From: Candidatus Collierbacteria bacterium
Lineage (GTDB): Bacteria; Patescibacteriota; Microgenomatia; UBA1400; MFAQ01
Length of the DNA: 54,793 bases
Direction: 5' to 3'
Assembly (NCBI GenBank): GCA_903886255.1
Contig: CAISLM010000033.1
Location: 1-54,793, forward strand
Part shown: piece by piece, positions 18,913-28,891 of the stretch
Numbering within the stretch: the stretch's first letter is position 1
How the letters are laid out: every line of letters begins with the position of its first letter
Notes under the pieces: generated by a model
Database searches by the model: none
Seen by the model: the letters and a program-made list of their open reading frames with translations, nothing else
Told to the model about the DNA's origin: nothing
Program-made: the position numbers and the translations under genes

Positions 18913-18949
18913 ATCATACCACAATTACGCACAAAAGTCAAGCTATAGG
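18913..18949 (-). promoter_or_regulatory. Sigma70-type promoter of orphan unit B
   Basis: Minus strand CCTATAGC-TTGACT-N17-TATGAT, with TTGTG extended -10. Confidence 0.72.
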
Positions 18950-18963
18950 CTTACCGAATAGCC

Positions 18964-19392
18964 TTATTTCTTCGCCGGCTTCATAGCCATCATCATTCCC
19001 ATTCCCTGAGCAAAATCAAATACGATAGCCATAAGCAACACAATCCACCATGCGGCAATTCCCAGTCCAAATTGATCCGGTAGTCTGGCTATAATCCACA
19101 AACTCACGAAATCAATAACGAGGTATCCCACCATCCACTCCATTTTTGTTAGCATTCTGCCCTTCATCCTTTGCCAATTTTCAAACAGTGGCACAGCCAG
19201 AGTCCCAATAATCGACAAAATCAAGGCGCTATGGAATATTGCCCAGCCCAAATTAAAATTTGCCGTTCCCAAGACGATAGCTCTTGGAAAAAGAAAAGTG
19301 GCAACAGTAATTACAATCGCATTGACAATAAACTGAGTAAAAAAACCAATCGCCATTTGGCCAGAGGTAGTCACAGGTAAATCTTCTTTCAT
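18964..19392 (-). CDS. Hypothetical membrane protein
   Basis: 142 aa, four TM segments. Confidence 0.75.
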   Translation of the reverse strand: MKEDLPVTTSGQMAIGFFTQFIVNAIVITVATFLFPRAIVLGTANFNLGWAIFHSALILSIIGTLAVPLFENWQRMKGRMLTKMEWMVGYLVIDFVSLWIIARLPDQFGLGIAAWWIVLLMAIVFDFAQGMGMMMAMKPAKK

Positions 19393-19456
19393 TTGTGAAA
19401 TATATTACTAATAACTACAGTCTATCATGGTTATTGTTAAAGATCTAAAATATCTC

Positions 19457-20137
19457 ATGCCCCTTCTTTATGTAATCCTCTCTCTCGTCGTTCTTCTTCT
19501 CACCAAAAGGATAATGACGACAGACCTTGCCCGCCTGGTCCATCGTCTCGGTGGCAATCAGCACACTGCCATCATCACTTGGAGCATTATTTTTCTTCCC
19601 GGCACGATCATCCATGAAATTTCCCATTTTCTCCTCGCCGCTCTCACCGGAGCAAGAACAGGCAAGATCGAGATCTTCCCAGAATATTTGGAAGACGAAT
19701 CGGATGGCAGATCCACACGAATTGCTCTCGGATCCGTCCAAACTCAAAAGTTAAATCCCGTTCAGGGCTTTCTCGTCGGCATCGCCCCTTTTCTTTCCGG
19801 TATTGCCCTTTTGATCTGGCTCGCTTCTTTGCTCCAAACAGGTTTTGACACCAAAAATATTTGGTTAGTTATTCTTGAAGGTTATTTTTTCTTCACCATC
19901 GCCAACTCTTTTTTCCCCAGCTGGCCGGACATCAAACAAACCCTTCCCTTTATCATTATTTCGATTGTTGTTGCTCTTCTCGCCTGGTATTTTGGTTTCC
20001 AAATTTTCCTCAGCCAATCTTCCTATGTCTGGACTCTTCTCGATTTTCTCTGGAAAGCCATCTCTCTTAGCGTTCTCATCAACCTAGTCATCATCGGCAT
20101 TCTCTTCATTCTTCACAGTTTTACCAAAAGAAAATAA
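19457..20137 (+). CDS. Membrane zinc metalloprotease-like protein (M50B-like)
   Basis: LPGTIIHEISH (HExxH) and GIAPF; multi-TM; TAAAAT just before ATG 19457. Confidence 0.75.
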   Translation: MPLLYVILSLVVLLLTKRIMTTDLARLVHRLGGNQHTAIITWSIIFLPGTIIHEISHFLLAALTGARTGKIEIFPEYLEDESDGRSTRIALGSVQTQKLNPVQGFLVGIAPFLSGIALLIWLASLLQTGFDTKNIWLVILEGYFFFTIANSFFPSWPDIKQTLPFIIISIVVALLAWYFGFQIFLSQSSYVWTLLDFLWKAISLSVLINLVIIGILFILHSFTKRK

Positions 20138-20144
20138 TTCTTGA

Positions 20145-20360
20145 TTATTTTGTTTTCGTTTCTTCCTTTATATTTTGATCTAATAAAAATTTTCCCAACA
20201 ATTTGGCATGCTTTGTTGGGATAAACACCATCGCCACAACTGACGCACTTTCAACACAATCTCCATGAGTCATGAACTCAATTGTGTATCCGGAATTATC
20301 CTTTTCTTTATGGAATCCTAGCCCTTTATAATCCTGACCATTTACTGTTCCTATCTTCAT
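20145..20360 (-). CDS. Hypothetical protein
   Basis: 71-aa ATG ORF that fills the gap between neighbours, with protein-like composition. Confidence 0.55.
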   Translation of the reverse strand: MKIGTVNGQDYKGLGFHKEKDNSGYTIEFMTHGDCVESASVVAMVFIPTKHAKLLGKFLLDQNIKEETKTK

Positions 20361-20396
20361 ACCTAGATTATCTCACCCAATCGTCAAAGAGTAAGA

Positions 20397-20915
20397 TTGT
20401 TTATGCCCATATATCTAACAACCCCTTACAGCTATATCATTCTTGGTTTGTTATTTTGTCTATTACTTCTCTCCAGATATTTATTTAAGCCGACGAAACT
20501 TAAAGGAAAATATTCTCCAAAAACCAATCTTTTATCTCCATCTGAACTAGAAGCATATAAAGTTCTAAAAAATACTCTTCCCCAGGGATACGTAGTTTTT
20601 CCGCAAGTAAATTTAGACAAAATATTCGACATAAATGATGCAAACAGGTCATATACACCAAGAAATAAAATTGATCGAAAGTCAGTAGACTTTGTAGTTT
20701 TTGAAGAACAGAATTTAAAACCAGCACTCGCAATTGAGTTAGATGACCCAAGTCACCTAAGATACGATAGACAACAAAGAGATTTTTTCGTTAATCAATT
20801 ATTTATTGACACACAATTAAAACTTCTCAGAATCAACACCGGCGATGTTAGGAATATCGATCTATTAAAACAAAAACTAAATAGCAATCTGATTCAAGGA
20901 ATCACCTCACTGTAA
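20397..20915 (+). CDS. DUF2726 domain protein
   Basis: N-terminal TM, LLSPSE, VFPQV, SVDFVV, AIELDDPSH, RD.FVN. Confidence 0.88.
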   Translation: MFMPIYLTTPYSYIILGLLFCLLLLSRYLFKPTKLKGKYSPKTNLLSPSELEAYKVLKNTLPQGYVVFPQVNLDKIFDINDANRSYTPRNKIDRKSVDFVVFEEQNLKPALAIELDDPSHLRYDRQQRDFFVNQLFIDTQLKLLRINTGDVRNIDLLKQKLNSNLIQGITSL

Positions 20916-21504
20916 TCTTCATTTCCCCCTTCTTCGCCTTATAAATCTCATTGAATACTGTTTTCGTAAAATCCGCCGCCCCTCCGGTCCATCTCTCAAA
21001 AAATCCGCAAATTCTTACCCCGCCTCTCGTTTTATCAACTTTATATTTGTTGTACTTTGGCGGATTAGTCATTGTCAATCCGGACGTAACAAAATCACTT
21101 CGTACAAATCCCATATCCGCCAAAACTCCCAAAACCGGATAGAAATATTTCATAGTTCCCGCCTTTTTTCCAAGAGTCAGATCCAGCTGAATTCTTCCTC
21201 CCTTGATCCAAAAAGCCAATGAATATTTATCTTTATCAAAAAAGATCATATTGCACCCATCCACCGCCAGCTCAAAAGCATTTTCAATACATGCATTCTC
21301 GTTTCGTTTCTTGGCATATTCGTCGATTGCCATTTGCTTCTCTACCACAAACTGCACGTGATCCTTCACCACTATTTTTATTTGCCCTCCATTCTTCTGA
21401 ATCAAAATATGTTTCTTCCTCATCTCCCCCCAAAACACATAATCTTTTACCCAATTAATGCTTTTGAAAACCCAGCTCAACACTCGATAAAAATACTTCT
21501 CCAT
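20902..21504 (-). CDS. Hypothetical protein
   Basis: 200-aa ORF, no recognised motif. Confidence 0.65.
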   Translation of the reverse strand: MEKYFYRVLSWVFKSINWVKDYVFWGEMRKKHILIQKNGGQIKIVVKDHVQFVVEKQMAIDEYAKKRNENACIENAFELAVDGCNMIFFDKDKYSLAFWIKGGRIQLDLTLGKKAGTMKYFYPVLGVLADMGFVRSDFVTSGLTMTNPPKYNKYKVDKTRGGVRICGFFERWTGGAADFTKTVFNEIYKAKKGEMKITVR

Positions 21505-21586
21505 AAACTATCCCCATATTACTCTCACTTATCTATAAAGCCCAGTATTTTGTGCATAATGTAACTGATATACTTTTTTTTAGATA

Positions 21587-22036
21587 ATGTTTAATTTTCT
21601 TCGAAAATGGTATGTAGAGACGTTGGATCAAGAGCAGCAAAAAGTTAGAGTGGCTTTATATACAAATTTAAGCCGAGAGTTAGGATCAAAAATGGAGATT
21701 GAGAAGGCTAAAAAATTAGCCACTCAGGTCGTTAATTATTTAACCGGTGCAGATTTTCTAAATCAAAATAATGTTTCCCCGGAATTAATTGGAGATGCCA
21801 TAAAGCTGGGCTTGCACAAGCTTGATGAAGACAATGATCTTCGTCAGCTAATAGTTGAACTAAATAAAAGTATCGTTGATTTTCATCAATTCTTGTATGG
21901 AAGAAAATATTCAATAGATTCCGAAAATCAGAATGTAAAAGACATATTATCCCTCTACATTGAAAAATATCCCGGTGATTTCAAAATAGAAAAATTTAAA
22001 AATCTAGTTAATATCTATTGTGGAAGATTTTTGTAA
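21587..22036 (+). CDS. Hypothetical protein
   Basis: 149-aa AT-rich ORF. Confidence 0.6.
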   Translation: MFNFLRKWYVETLDQEQQKVRVALYTNLSRELGSKMEIEKAKKLATQVVNYLTGADFLNQNNVSPELIGDAIKLGLHKLDEDNDLRQLIVELNKSIVDFHQFLYGRKYSIDSENQNVKDILSLYIEKYPGDFKIEKFKNLVNIYCGRFL

Positions 22037-22094
22037 GTTAAAGATTGTTTGACGAACATTTTAAATATGATACGTTTGATGTTAGAATTTGCTC

Positions 22095-23585
22095 ATGGCC
22101 AATTATGGTAAAAACAAGAACCCAATTGGCTGGATTTTTCGTAGTCGGCTTTTTCTCATGCTTCTTTTGGGCATAATAATATTTTTTTCGCAAAACAAAA
22201 CATTTTCCAACACGGAAATGGATATCGATATCATCAGTGCATTATTTTTATGCATTTATTTTGCCGTTAACGAACTCCGATTTTTGAAGCATATTAAGAA
22301 GTTAATCTTAAAAATTGCCATATACTTATTGGCAGTATTTGCCTCCTATTTTCTTCAAGATTATGCTAATAAGTTGCAATCAATTTTCTTTTGGTCTGTC
22401 GTCACCAATATTAGTCAAGCATTACTGGTTTCATTTGTAGTCTTACTGTTTTGGTGGATAATACCGCTATTCAAAATTCTAGTTAAATTTGTAAAACAAC
22501 TTCCGAAATTTTTATATAAAATATTTCAAAACAAAAAATTCACTTACTCCTTAATTATTTTTCTCATCTTTGCATATATCTTTAGTGTTGAGTATCGCCT
22601 CTACCGCCTCTACTCCGATACCGGTGGTTACTCTCAATTTTTCTGTTCCGAAAACTCCACCAAAAACAAAACAAAAAACTCCGTTGTCCGTATTGTCGGC
22701 GCTCTTAGTGAGGGCACCGGTTTCTTCGTCAAGCCCGATGAAGTCCTCACCAATAATCACGTCATCGAAGGTGAAACCAGTCCCAAAGTAATTCTTCCCA
22801 ATGGTAAGTTTCTCATCCCTAAGAAAATTGAAACCTACAAAGACGGAGATCTCGCCATCATCACCATTAGTGAATCTCACCCGGAATTGGTGTTGAACAT
22901 TCTCGACAGTGATTCCAATTTGGTCGCCAACGAAACCATTATCGCCGTTGGTTTTCCCTTAGGAACGGATATCAAAGGAGAAGCAACCATTTTGCAAGGC
23001 ACTTTTCAGAATTTCCGGGATCTAAAAGGCAATGACTTGCAATATATCCAAACCAATATTCCCTTGGTCGAAGGCATGAGCGGCGGCCCTGCCGTTGACC
23101 GCTGTGGCAACGTCGTCGGTGTCAACACCCTGGCTGTTTCCGGCACTTCCTTTCTCATCCGGATGAGTCAATTTGGCCAAGCCTGGTCCAGATTCACACT
23201 TTCCGATCAAACTCAGGTAAGGCTCGATCCTGGTAAATCTCCCCAAGAAGCCGTCGAAGCCTACTATACCTTTCTAAAAGTAAGAGATATGAAGTCAGGC
23301 TTTGATCTTCTTAGTCAAGAATATCTTCAAAAAACAGATTTTAGCGAATGGACAAGCCGCTTCCCCGATGTTATCGATGTCTCCATCATCAACGCTCAAA
23401 TGGTAGAGAATTCAAAAGACACTGTCTTTGTAAAGTTTGTCACAAGCAACTGGAATAATAATGATCTTGTAAGACACTTCTATGAAGGCACTTGGCAAAC
23501 AATCTTTGAAAACGGCAAATACAAAATGTTAAAAAGTAAAATAATAGAAGTGATCTCTCCGGATGATTTCTGGTTTTACGAATAA
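22095..23585 (+). CDS. Membrane-anchored trypsin-like serine protease (S1C/HtrA-like, no PDZ recognised)
   Basis: Multi-TM N-terminus; triad LTNNHV / GDLA / GMSGGP; extra C-terminal domain (PQEAVEAYY). Confidence 0.85.
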   Translation: MANYGKNKNPIGWIFRSRLFLMLLLGIIIFFSQNKTFSNTEMDIDIISALFLCIYFAVNELRFLKHIKKLILKIAIYLLAVFASYFLQDYANKLQSIFFWSVVTNISQALLVSFVVLLFWWIIPLFKILVKFVKQLPKFLYKIFQNKKFTYSLIIFLIFAYIFSVEYRLYRLYSDTGGYSQFFCSENSTKNKTKNSVVRIVGALSEGTGFFVKPDEVLTNNHVIEGETSPKVILPNGKFLIPKKIETYKDGDLAIITISESHPELVLNILDSDSNLVANETIIAVGFPLGTDIKGEATILQGTFQNFRDLKGNDLQYIQTNIPLVEGMSGGPAVDRCGNVVGVNTLAVSGTSFLIRMSQFGQAWSRFTLSDQTQVRLDPGKSPQEAVEAYYTFLKVRDMKSGFDLLSQEYLQKTDFSEWTSRFPDVIDVSIINAQMVENSKDTVFVKFVTSNWNNNDLVRHFYEGTWQTIFENGKYKMLKSKIIEVISPDDFWFYE

Positions 23586-23824
23586 ACAAACCATAGCATG
23601 GTTATGATTCCGTATCCGTATCTGGGGCACAATTCAAAAAACTTTTGGATCGACTATTTAAATTATTGAAGAGGATAGAAATAATCATTGACTTCGGGTA
23701 TTGTTTGGTATCTAATGAATATACACATAATTCAATCTATAGAAATAACTCAAAATATCCTCAATAAAATATTTAAAAGTCTTGAATAGGACCATATGAT
23801 CTTTATAAATATATAATTCAAACA

Positions 23825-24811
23825 ATGAATAAAATGATAAACAATCATAAGAATAAATCGGCAGATGGTACCAAGTTGAAGGTATTTGAAGCATTTGCTG
23901 GTTATGGAGGCGCTTCTTTTGGGCTTAAAAGAGCAAAAATTCCTTTCGAAGTAATTGGGTACTCAGAGAACGATAAGTTTGCAATTGAACTTTATGATAA
24001 TAATCATCCGGGAATATTAAACTATGGAGATATAACCAAGATTAATCCGAACGACATTCCGGATTTTGACCTAATCACTGGTGGATTTCCTTGTCAACCA
24101 TTTTCACAAGTCGGATTGGGTAAAGGTGAAGCGGACATTAGAGGTACTTTGTTTCATGATTTGATCAGAATCTGCGAGGTGAAGAGGCCAAAACATATAC
24201 TATTTGAAAATGTAAAGGGCTTGAGTACAGCGAGACATGGAAAGACATTGGAAACTATTGTAAAAAGTTTGCAAAAGCTTGGCTATGATGTAATCTGTGA
24301 ACTCCTAAACACAAAAGACTATGGTATTCCGCAAAATAGGCAAAGGTTATGGATTTACGGATATCACGGGACTTTACCATTAACATTTCACCTGGCCCCA
24401 CCGAAAAAGAAGATGGAATTATATTTCAAGGATTTTCTTGATAAGAAGCCAGATGAGGCACTTTTCAAAAATCAGGTGGAGATTGAGCGACTCAAAGAAC
24501 TGTACGGACTTGACTTTATAGTTAAAGAACCATCGTGCGCGGATCTTTACAACAAGAATATTCGTAGTGATGGAATTAGTATTACTCTTCTCGAACCCCA
24601 TCACAATAAAATGAGAGTTGTTCACCCACCCAAAAACAATGAATTACGTGTGAGAAAATATTCGATAACCGAGCATTTTCGTCTTATGGGATTCAAAGAC
24701 GGGGAAATTAATTTCGGCGGCCAATCATATCAACAATTGTGCAAAAGAGCAGCAAATGGATGGGATATTAATTTAGTATCACTTATATTCAAGCAAATTT
24801 TTCAGCAGTAG
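23825..24811 (+). CDS. DNA (cytosine-5)-methyltransferase
   Basis: Motif I FAGYGG, IV GGFPCQPFS, VI ENVKG, VIII PQNRQR, IX RLMGF. Confidence 0.95.
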   Translation: MNKMINNHKNKSADGTKLKVFEAFAGYGGASFGLKRAKIPFEVIGYSENDKFAIELYDNNHPGILNYGDITKINPNDIPDFDLITGGFPCQPFSQVGLGKGEADIRGTLFHDLIRICEVKRPKHILFENVKGLSTARHGKTLETIVKSLQKLGYDVICELLNTKDYGIPQNRQRLWIYGYHGTLPLTFHLAPPKKKMELYFKDFLDKKPDEALFKNQVEIERLKELYGLDFIVKEPSCADLYNKNIRSDGISITLLEPHHNKMRVVHPPKNNELRVRKYSITEHFRLMGFKDGEINFGGQSYQQLCKRAANGWDINLVSLIFKQIFQQ

Positions 24812-25684
24812 TGTAGCCTTGCCATATACCACTACATTTTCGTGAAAATATTTGATAGGTAGAGGTTGAGCCCTATCTATTAGTAGCGATAAAGTGTCCT
24901 CACTATACATATTGAATCGTACTTGTCGGTAGTGAATACGGCTATCATTTCTGATCTCAATTTCCACTATATTTTTTGCCCGTACAGGAGTTTTCATATA
25001 GCAAAGTAGTGTTTTTTGCCCAGCAACATTGTAGTCTTCTGGAACACGACCGGCGATCGATATCGAAGGAAACAGCTCTGAAGATAAAATGTCTAGAACG
25101 TCTTCCCTTGCGAAGATTTTAAATAATCCGTCTTTTTTGTAGGTGTCATCTTTTATTGCCAGGAATTCAACCTCCCCACTGTTAAAAAGTGCTTCGTCCA
25201 GGAACTTATGCAGAAAATCCTTATTTTTCAATGCACTACAGGTAGAGATTGTGGTTTTTGCAAGCTGGTTTTTTGATTCGACATAGGCATTGGCGCCCAA
25301 TTGCTTGATGACAACTTCATTGGATAGGCGACGTGTTGCATCTTTACCATGGTTCTTAACATATCCTTCTTTAAAAGAGATACATTTTGTGCGGTCTTTT
25401 ACATACTGATTGAAATCTTTAGGAAATGCGTCTAGACATGGTCGCAAAATGTTAAGGTAACGGCTTTCACAGATCCTTTCATAGCCATAGAGAAACACTT
25501 GCCATTTCTTTCCGCTTTTTACCGAGTGAAGGTTTCCGATTTTGTCTTTTACATCACCCTTTTGGGTTCCATTAATCACCTTTCCCCCAATCAGTGTTGC
25601 ATAGTCACCTTCACGCTGATGACCACCAAGTTTTTTATCACTTGATACCTTACTTGATGGCGCCCGTCTTCGATTTATTGTCAT
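24779..25684 (-). CDS. Putative type II restriction endonuclease
   Basis: Convergent and overlapping with the C5-MTase; PD-(D/E)xK-like E...KGDV...SVK. Confidence 0.55.
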   Translation of the reverse strand: MTINRRRAPSSKVSSDKKLGGHQREGDYATLIGGKVINGTQKGDVKDKIGNLHSVKSGKKWQVFLYGYERICESRYLNILRPCLDAFPKDFNQYVKDRTKCISFKEGYVKNHGKDATRRLSNEVVIKQLGANAYVESKNQLAKTTISTCSALKNKDFLHKFLDEALFNSGEVEFLAIKDDTYKKDGLFKIFAREDVLDILSSELFPSISIAGRVPEDYNVAGQKTLLCYMKTPVRAKNIVEIEIRNDSRIHYRQVRFNMYSEDTLSLLIDRAQPLPIKYFHENVVVYGKATLLLKNLLEYK

Positions 25685-26093
25685 TTTTCTCTCTTTACGT
25701 AAAATAGGTTTGAATAAACCAATTTATCTTTGTTAATTATGTTCCTTTGCAACATAGTAATATTTATACTCTGTTTCCATAGCACAGATTACACCCTTAT
25801 AAGCAATTTGGATACAAAAAGTTCAATTATTTTGTTTGTTCCGGATCTTCTGACTTTCCGGATCGTCGATCAAGATCTATTTCTGGACTACAGGAATCAA
25901 TACAAGCCAGAAAATCGAATCTTGATTACCTCCACACGGATACAGGACAATACGAGGTGAAAAGTTTCTCGATGGCAAAAGCGTCTCGATAACAATTGGC
26001 AGTGACTGGAAAAATTTCTTCATCAACCTCACCCCTCCGGGACTGAAGAACGGCGAGGGTTGCAAGTTCAATGTTGTGACAAGAAAAGAGTAA

Positions 26094-26750
26094 TTATTCT
26101 TTTACTTCTACCTTTTTCTTGGCAACTTTTGCTTTTTTCTTGGCAGGAGTAACTTCTTTGCCGGAATTAGTTTCGATTGTCTCAATTATCTTCTCCGTTA
26201 TACTTTTGGGAGTCTCGGGAGTAAGTATTTTGATGATTCTATCCAATTTGGCATTTATTTCACTCAAATCAACACTGCTTGAAGCCGGTCTGGCTGAAGG
26301 AGAGAAAGATCGGGAATCGCCTCTGCCGTCTTTTTTGGCAAAACAATTGCTGCACAATACCGGTTTACCATTTCTTGGTTCAAAAGGAACCTGGCAGTTA
26401 TTACCACATTCATCACAAACAGCATTAAACATTGGTTTGTCGGCAAAACTTCTGGAATCTCGGGAATCTCTACTTCCAAAACTTCTGGAATCACCTCTGC
26501 TCTCAAATCTACTTGCACCTCTGGGCTCTTCGCCATTCATTTCACCAAAACATTTACTACAGAAAACTTCTTTTCTGCCATTTGGCTTGAAAGGAACCTG
26601 GCAATTGGCACCACACTTGGCACAAACTGCGTCGAACATGGCTGGCCTCTCTCTATCACCACCACGATCAAATCCGCGGTCGTTTCCGCCTTTGGATCCG
26701 TAAAACTGGCTTCTACTGTCTCCACCTCCACCTCGGTTAAAATATGTCAT
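26094..26750 (-). CDS. CxxC-x17-CxxC zinc-ribbon domain protein (two copies)
   Basis: MFDAVCAKCG..CQVPFKP....VFCSKCF and MFNAVCDECG..CQVPFEP....VLCSNCF; RG/SR-rich linkers; INAKLDRII coiled coil. Confidence 0.92.
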   Translation of the reverse strand: MTYFNRGGGGDSRSQFYGSKGGNDRGFDRGGDRERPAMFDAVCAKCGANCQVPFKPNGRKEVFCSKCFGEMNGEEPRGASRFESRGDSRSFGSRDSRDSRSFADKPMFNAVCDECGNNCQVPFEPRNGKPVLCSNCFAKKDGRGDSRSFSPSARPASSSVDLSEINAKLDRIIKILTPETPKSITEKIIETIETNSGKEVTPAKKKAKVAKKKVEVKE

Positions 26751-26867
26751 ATCCTATATTATACCATCCTTTTGGTTAATATGCTGTTTATCCGTCTACA
26801 TCCATAAAAAGACCTCTTCCAGGCACAAACATGTTAAATTAGACCTGCCATACTATTATTAAAGACA

Positions 26868-27332
26868 ATGAAGCTAACAATTCAATATTCTCTCGTAAAA
26901 GAGCTCAAGGAAGCAGTTAATGTTTTGTTGCATCTCGATGATTACAAAAATCTTCGTTCCTTCATTTCTCCAACTCCAAAATCGATCTATTCATTCGCCA
27001 TAGCCAAAAACGATGCTCTCAAACATACGGAAAAAGTCTGGCTTTCGGCAAAACCACAAGTTGAAAAAGCCTTTTCCGATCTGGGAATTAAAGATCCCGG
27101 AGTTATGCCCTGTTTCCTAAATGGAATTTCCTGCGAGGGTTGGTTTGATACCGACGATAACTCCATCCATGTTCGTTTTCCCCAAAACGGAGGCGACAAA
27201 GAATTACTCGACACCATTATTCACGAAATACTTCATCTGGCTACATACGACGATAAATACGATTACGACGAACGTGAAGATATAGTCGATAAATATCTCA
27301 CCAAACCACAGTTCAAGAAAATCTTGCAATAG
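26868..27332 (+). CDS. Hypothetical zincin-like protein
   Basis: TIIHEILH (HExxH). Confidence 0.65.
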   Translation: MKLTIQYSLVKELKEAVNVLLHLDDYKNLRSFISPTPKSIYSFAIAKNDALKHTEKVWLSAKPQVEKAFSDLGIKDPGVMPCFLNGISCEGWFDTDDNSIHVRFPQNGGDKELLDTIIHEILHLATYDDKYDYDEREDIVDKYLTKPQFKKILQ

Positions 27333-27336
27333 AAAA

Positions 27337-28200
27337 TTATTGAATCCAACCACTTGGCCGGCGAGGATTTGTGCAACCCCAGTTGTAATCGCTAGGGGAT
27401 GAAACGAAGCTCTTTATCGAGCAACCCGCTTCTGCTCCAGATACACAATAATATTCTGTAGTTGTAGTCATGCCAGCCAGACACGTATCAACAGCATGTC
27501 CTTGAGTTGCATAATAAGTTTTTGCCAATCGCCTTTCTCCCGCCGGACAGCCTTTTCCACAACCCAGATCGGCAACACAATAATTTGTACAGCCATAACT
27601 ACTCCACTTAGATGAAGAATTACAAGTAAATGCATATTTTGGATATTCCGGATCAAAATTATCACAAATGCCCGGCGTTGGCGTTGGTGTCGGCCCCGTT
27701 GCGATCACACCTCCGACCGGCTGCATCGATCCAACACAAACGTAACAATCCTGAGTATCACAATTTTCTTTTGGTATCCCCGTCGTGTCATATCTTGCCT
27801 CGCTTGACTTCATTGCTTTTGATTCGGGGAGAAAACAAACAGACACCCAAGATCCATTCATCAATGCTGTGGCGTACATATTGGTAGTCAAACCAGCGGT
27901 AGCAGAAAAACTACTTTTTAATTCACCTCTTTGAATCAGTAAATCAGTTAGGGTTTTCCCGGTTGTGGAATTAACTTGCAGTCCAATGTAGTTTCCGTTC
28001 CAGGGGAATTTACCGCTCGTTCCCATCGAATTAATTATGGCAGAGTACACATTAGTGGCGATATCCCGCCTTGTCGCATCCCTGCTCTTTTTTAATTGTT
28101 CAAACGGATCAATTACAGCCAAAAGTCCGGCCGCCAGTATTCCCAAAACACCAACGACTATCAACAATTCCATTAAAGTAAAACCGGATTTATTTTTCAT
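27337..28200 (-). CDS. Type IV pilin-like protein with Cys-rich C-terminal domain
   Basis: Class III signal KSG|FTLMELL, hydrophobic helix, SRDATR, PTPTP linker, Cys-rich tail. Confidence 0.9.
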   Translation of the reverse strand: MKNKSGFTLMELLIVVGVLGILAAGLLAVIDPFEQLKKSRDATRRDIATNVYSAIINSMGTSGKFPWNGNYIGLQVNSTTGKTLTDLLIQRGELKSSFSATAGLTTNMYATALMNGSWVSVCFLPESKAMKSSEARYDTTGIPKENCDTQDCYVCVGSMQPVGGVIATGPTPTPTPGICDNFDPEYPKYAFTCNSSSKWSSYGCTNYCVADLGCGKGCPAGERRLAKTYYATQGHAVDTCLAGMTTTTEYYCVSGAEAGCSIKSFVSSPSDYNWGCTNPRRPSGWIQ

Positions 28201-28268
28201 TGCAGGTATATTTCAGTATACCTTTTGCCGGCATGAGAGTTAAGTGGTTAATAATTTATAATTCCCTT

Positions 28269-28868
28269 ATGGACAACTCTGTCGCTCTAAACCATCTTCG
28301 CCAAGACAAAATTCTGGAAACGATCATTGATAAATATCAAGTTTCTTCTCCCTCTATTTCCGCCAATCTTTTCCGCGACCTTATGGAAGCCATCGTTAGT
28401 CAGCAACTCTCCAACAAAGCCGCCGCTACCATCTTCGGCCGTTTTCTGGCTCTTTTTCCCAACAATACAATTCCCAAACCCGATGACATTCTCAAACTTT
28501 CTGAAGAAGTACTCCGATCGTGTGGTCTGTCTCATCAAAAATCTTCGTATCTCAAATCACTTTCCCAAGAAATAATTTCTGACCAATTAGTTCTTGAGAA
28601 TTTACATCTACTTCCTGACGAAGACGTTATTACTGCCCTAACCAAAGTCAAAGGCATTGGCCGCTGGACCGCCGAAATGTTTTTAATCTTTTCTCTGGGG
28701 AGACTGGATACTTTTTCTGTTGGCGATCTCGGCCTCCGCACCGCAGTTTCTAAACTCTATGAAGTCGATAGGGAAGACAAAAATAAAATAGAAGAGATAT
28801 CAAAACAGTGGAGTCCCTACCGCTCTCTCGCCAGCCTCTATCTCTGGAAAAGTTTGGAAAATTCCTAA
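28269..28868 (+). CDS. alkA: DNA-3-methyladenine glycosylase II (HhH-GPD)
   Basis: IVSQQLS, HhH VKGIGRWTAEMF, DLGL, WSPYRS; TATAAT 6 nt before ATG 28269. Confidence 0.92.
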   Translation: MDNSVALNHLRQDKILETIIDKYQVSSPSISANLFRDLMEAIVSQQLSNKAAATIFGRFLALFPNNTIPKPDDILKLSEEVLRSCGLSHQKSSYLKSLSQEIISDQLVLENLHLLPDEDVITALTKVKGIGRWTAEMFLIFSLGRLDTFSVGDLGLRTAVSKLYEVDREDKNKIEEISKQWSPYRSLASLYLWKSLENS

Positions 28869-28891
28869 AATAATTGTTATACTCCAGGTAT

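Noticed and set aside
23589-23603. Palindrome AACCATAGCATGGTT after the protease gene
   Set aside because: Short stem with no T tract and no controller gene nearby; could be chance.
26119-26703. 194-aa antisense ORF and short repeats (AAAACTTCTGGAATC twice)
   Set aside because: Shadow of the CxxC-x17-CxxC gene. The repeats encode DSRSF linkers and have no CRISPR-like spacing.
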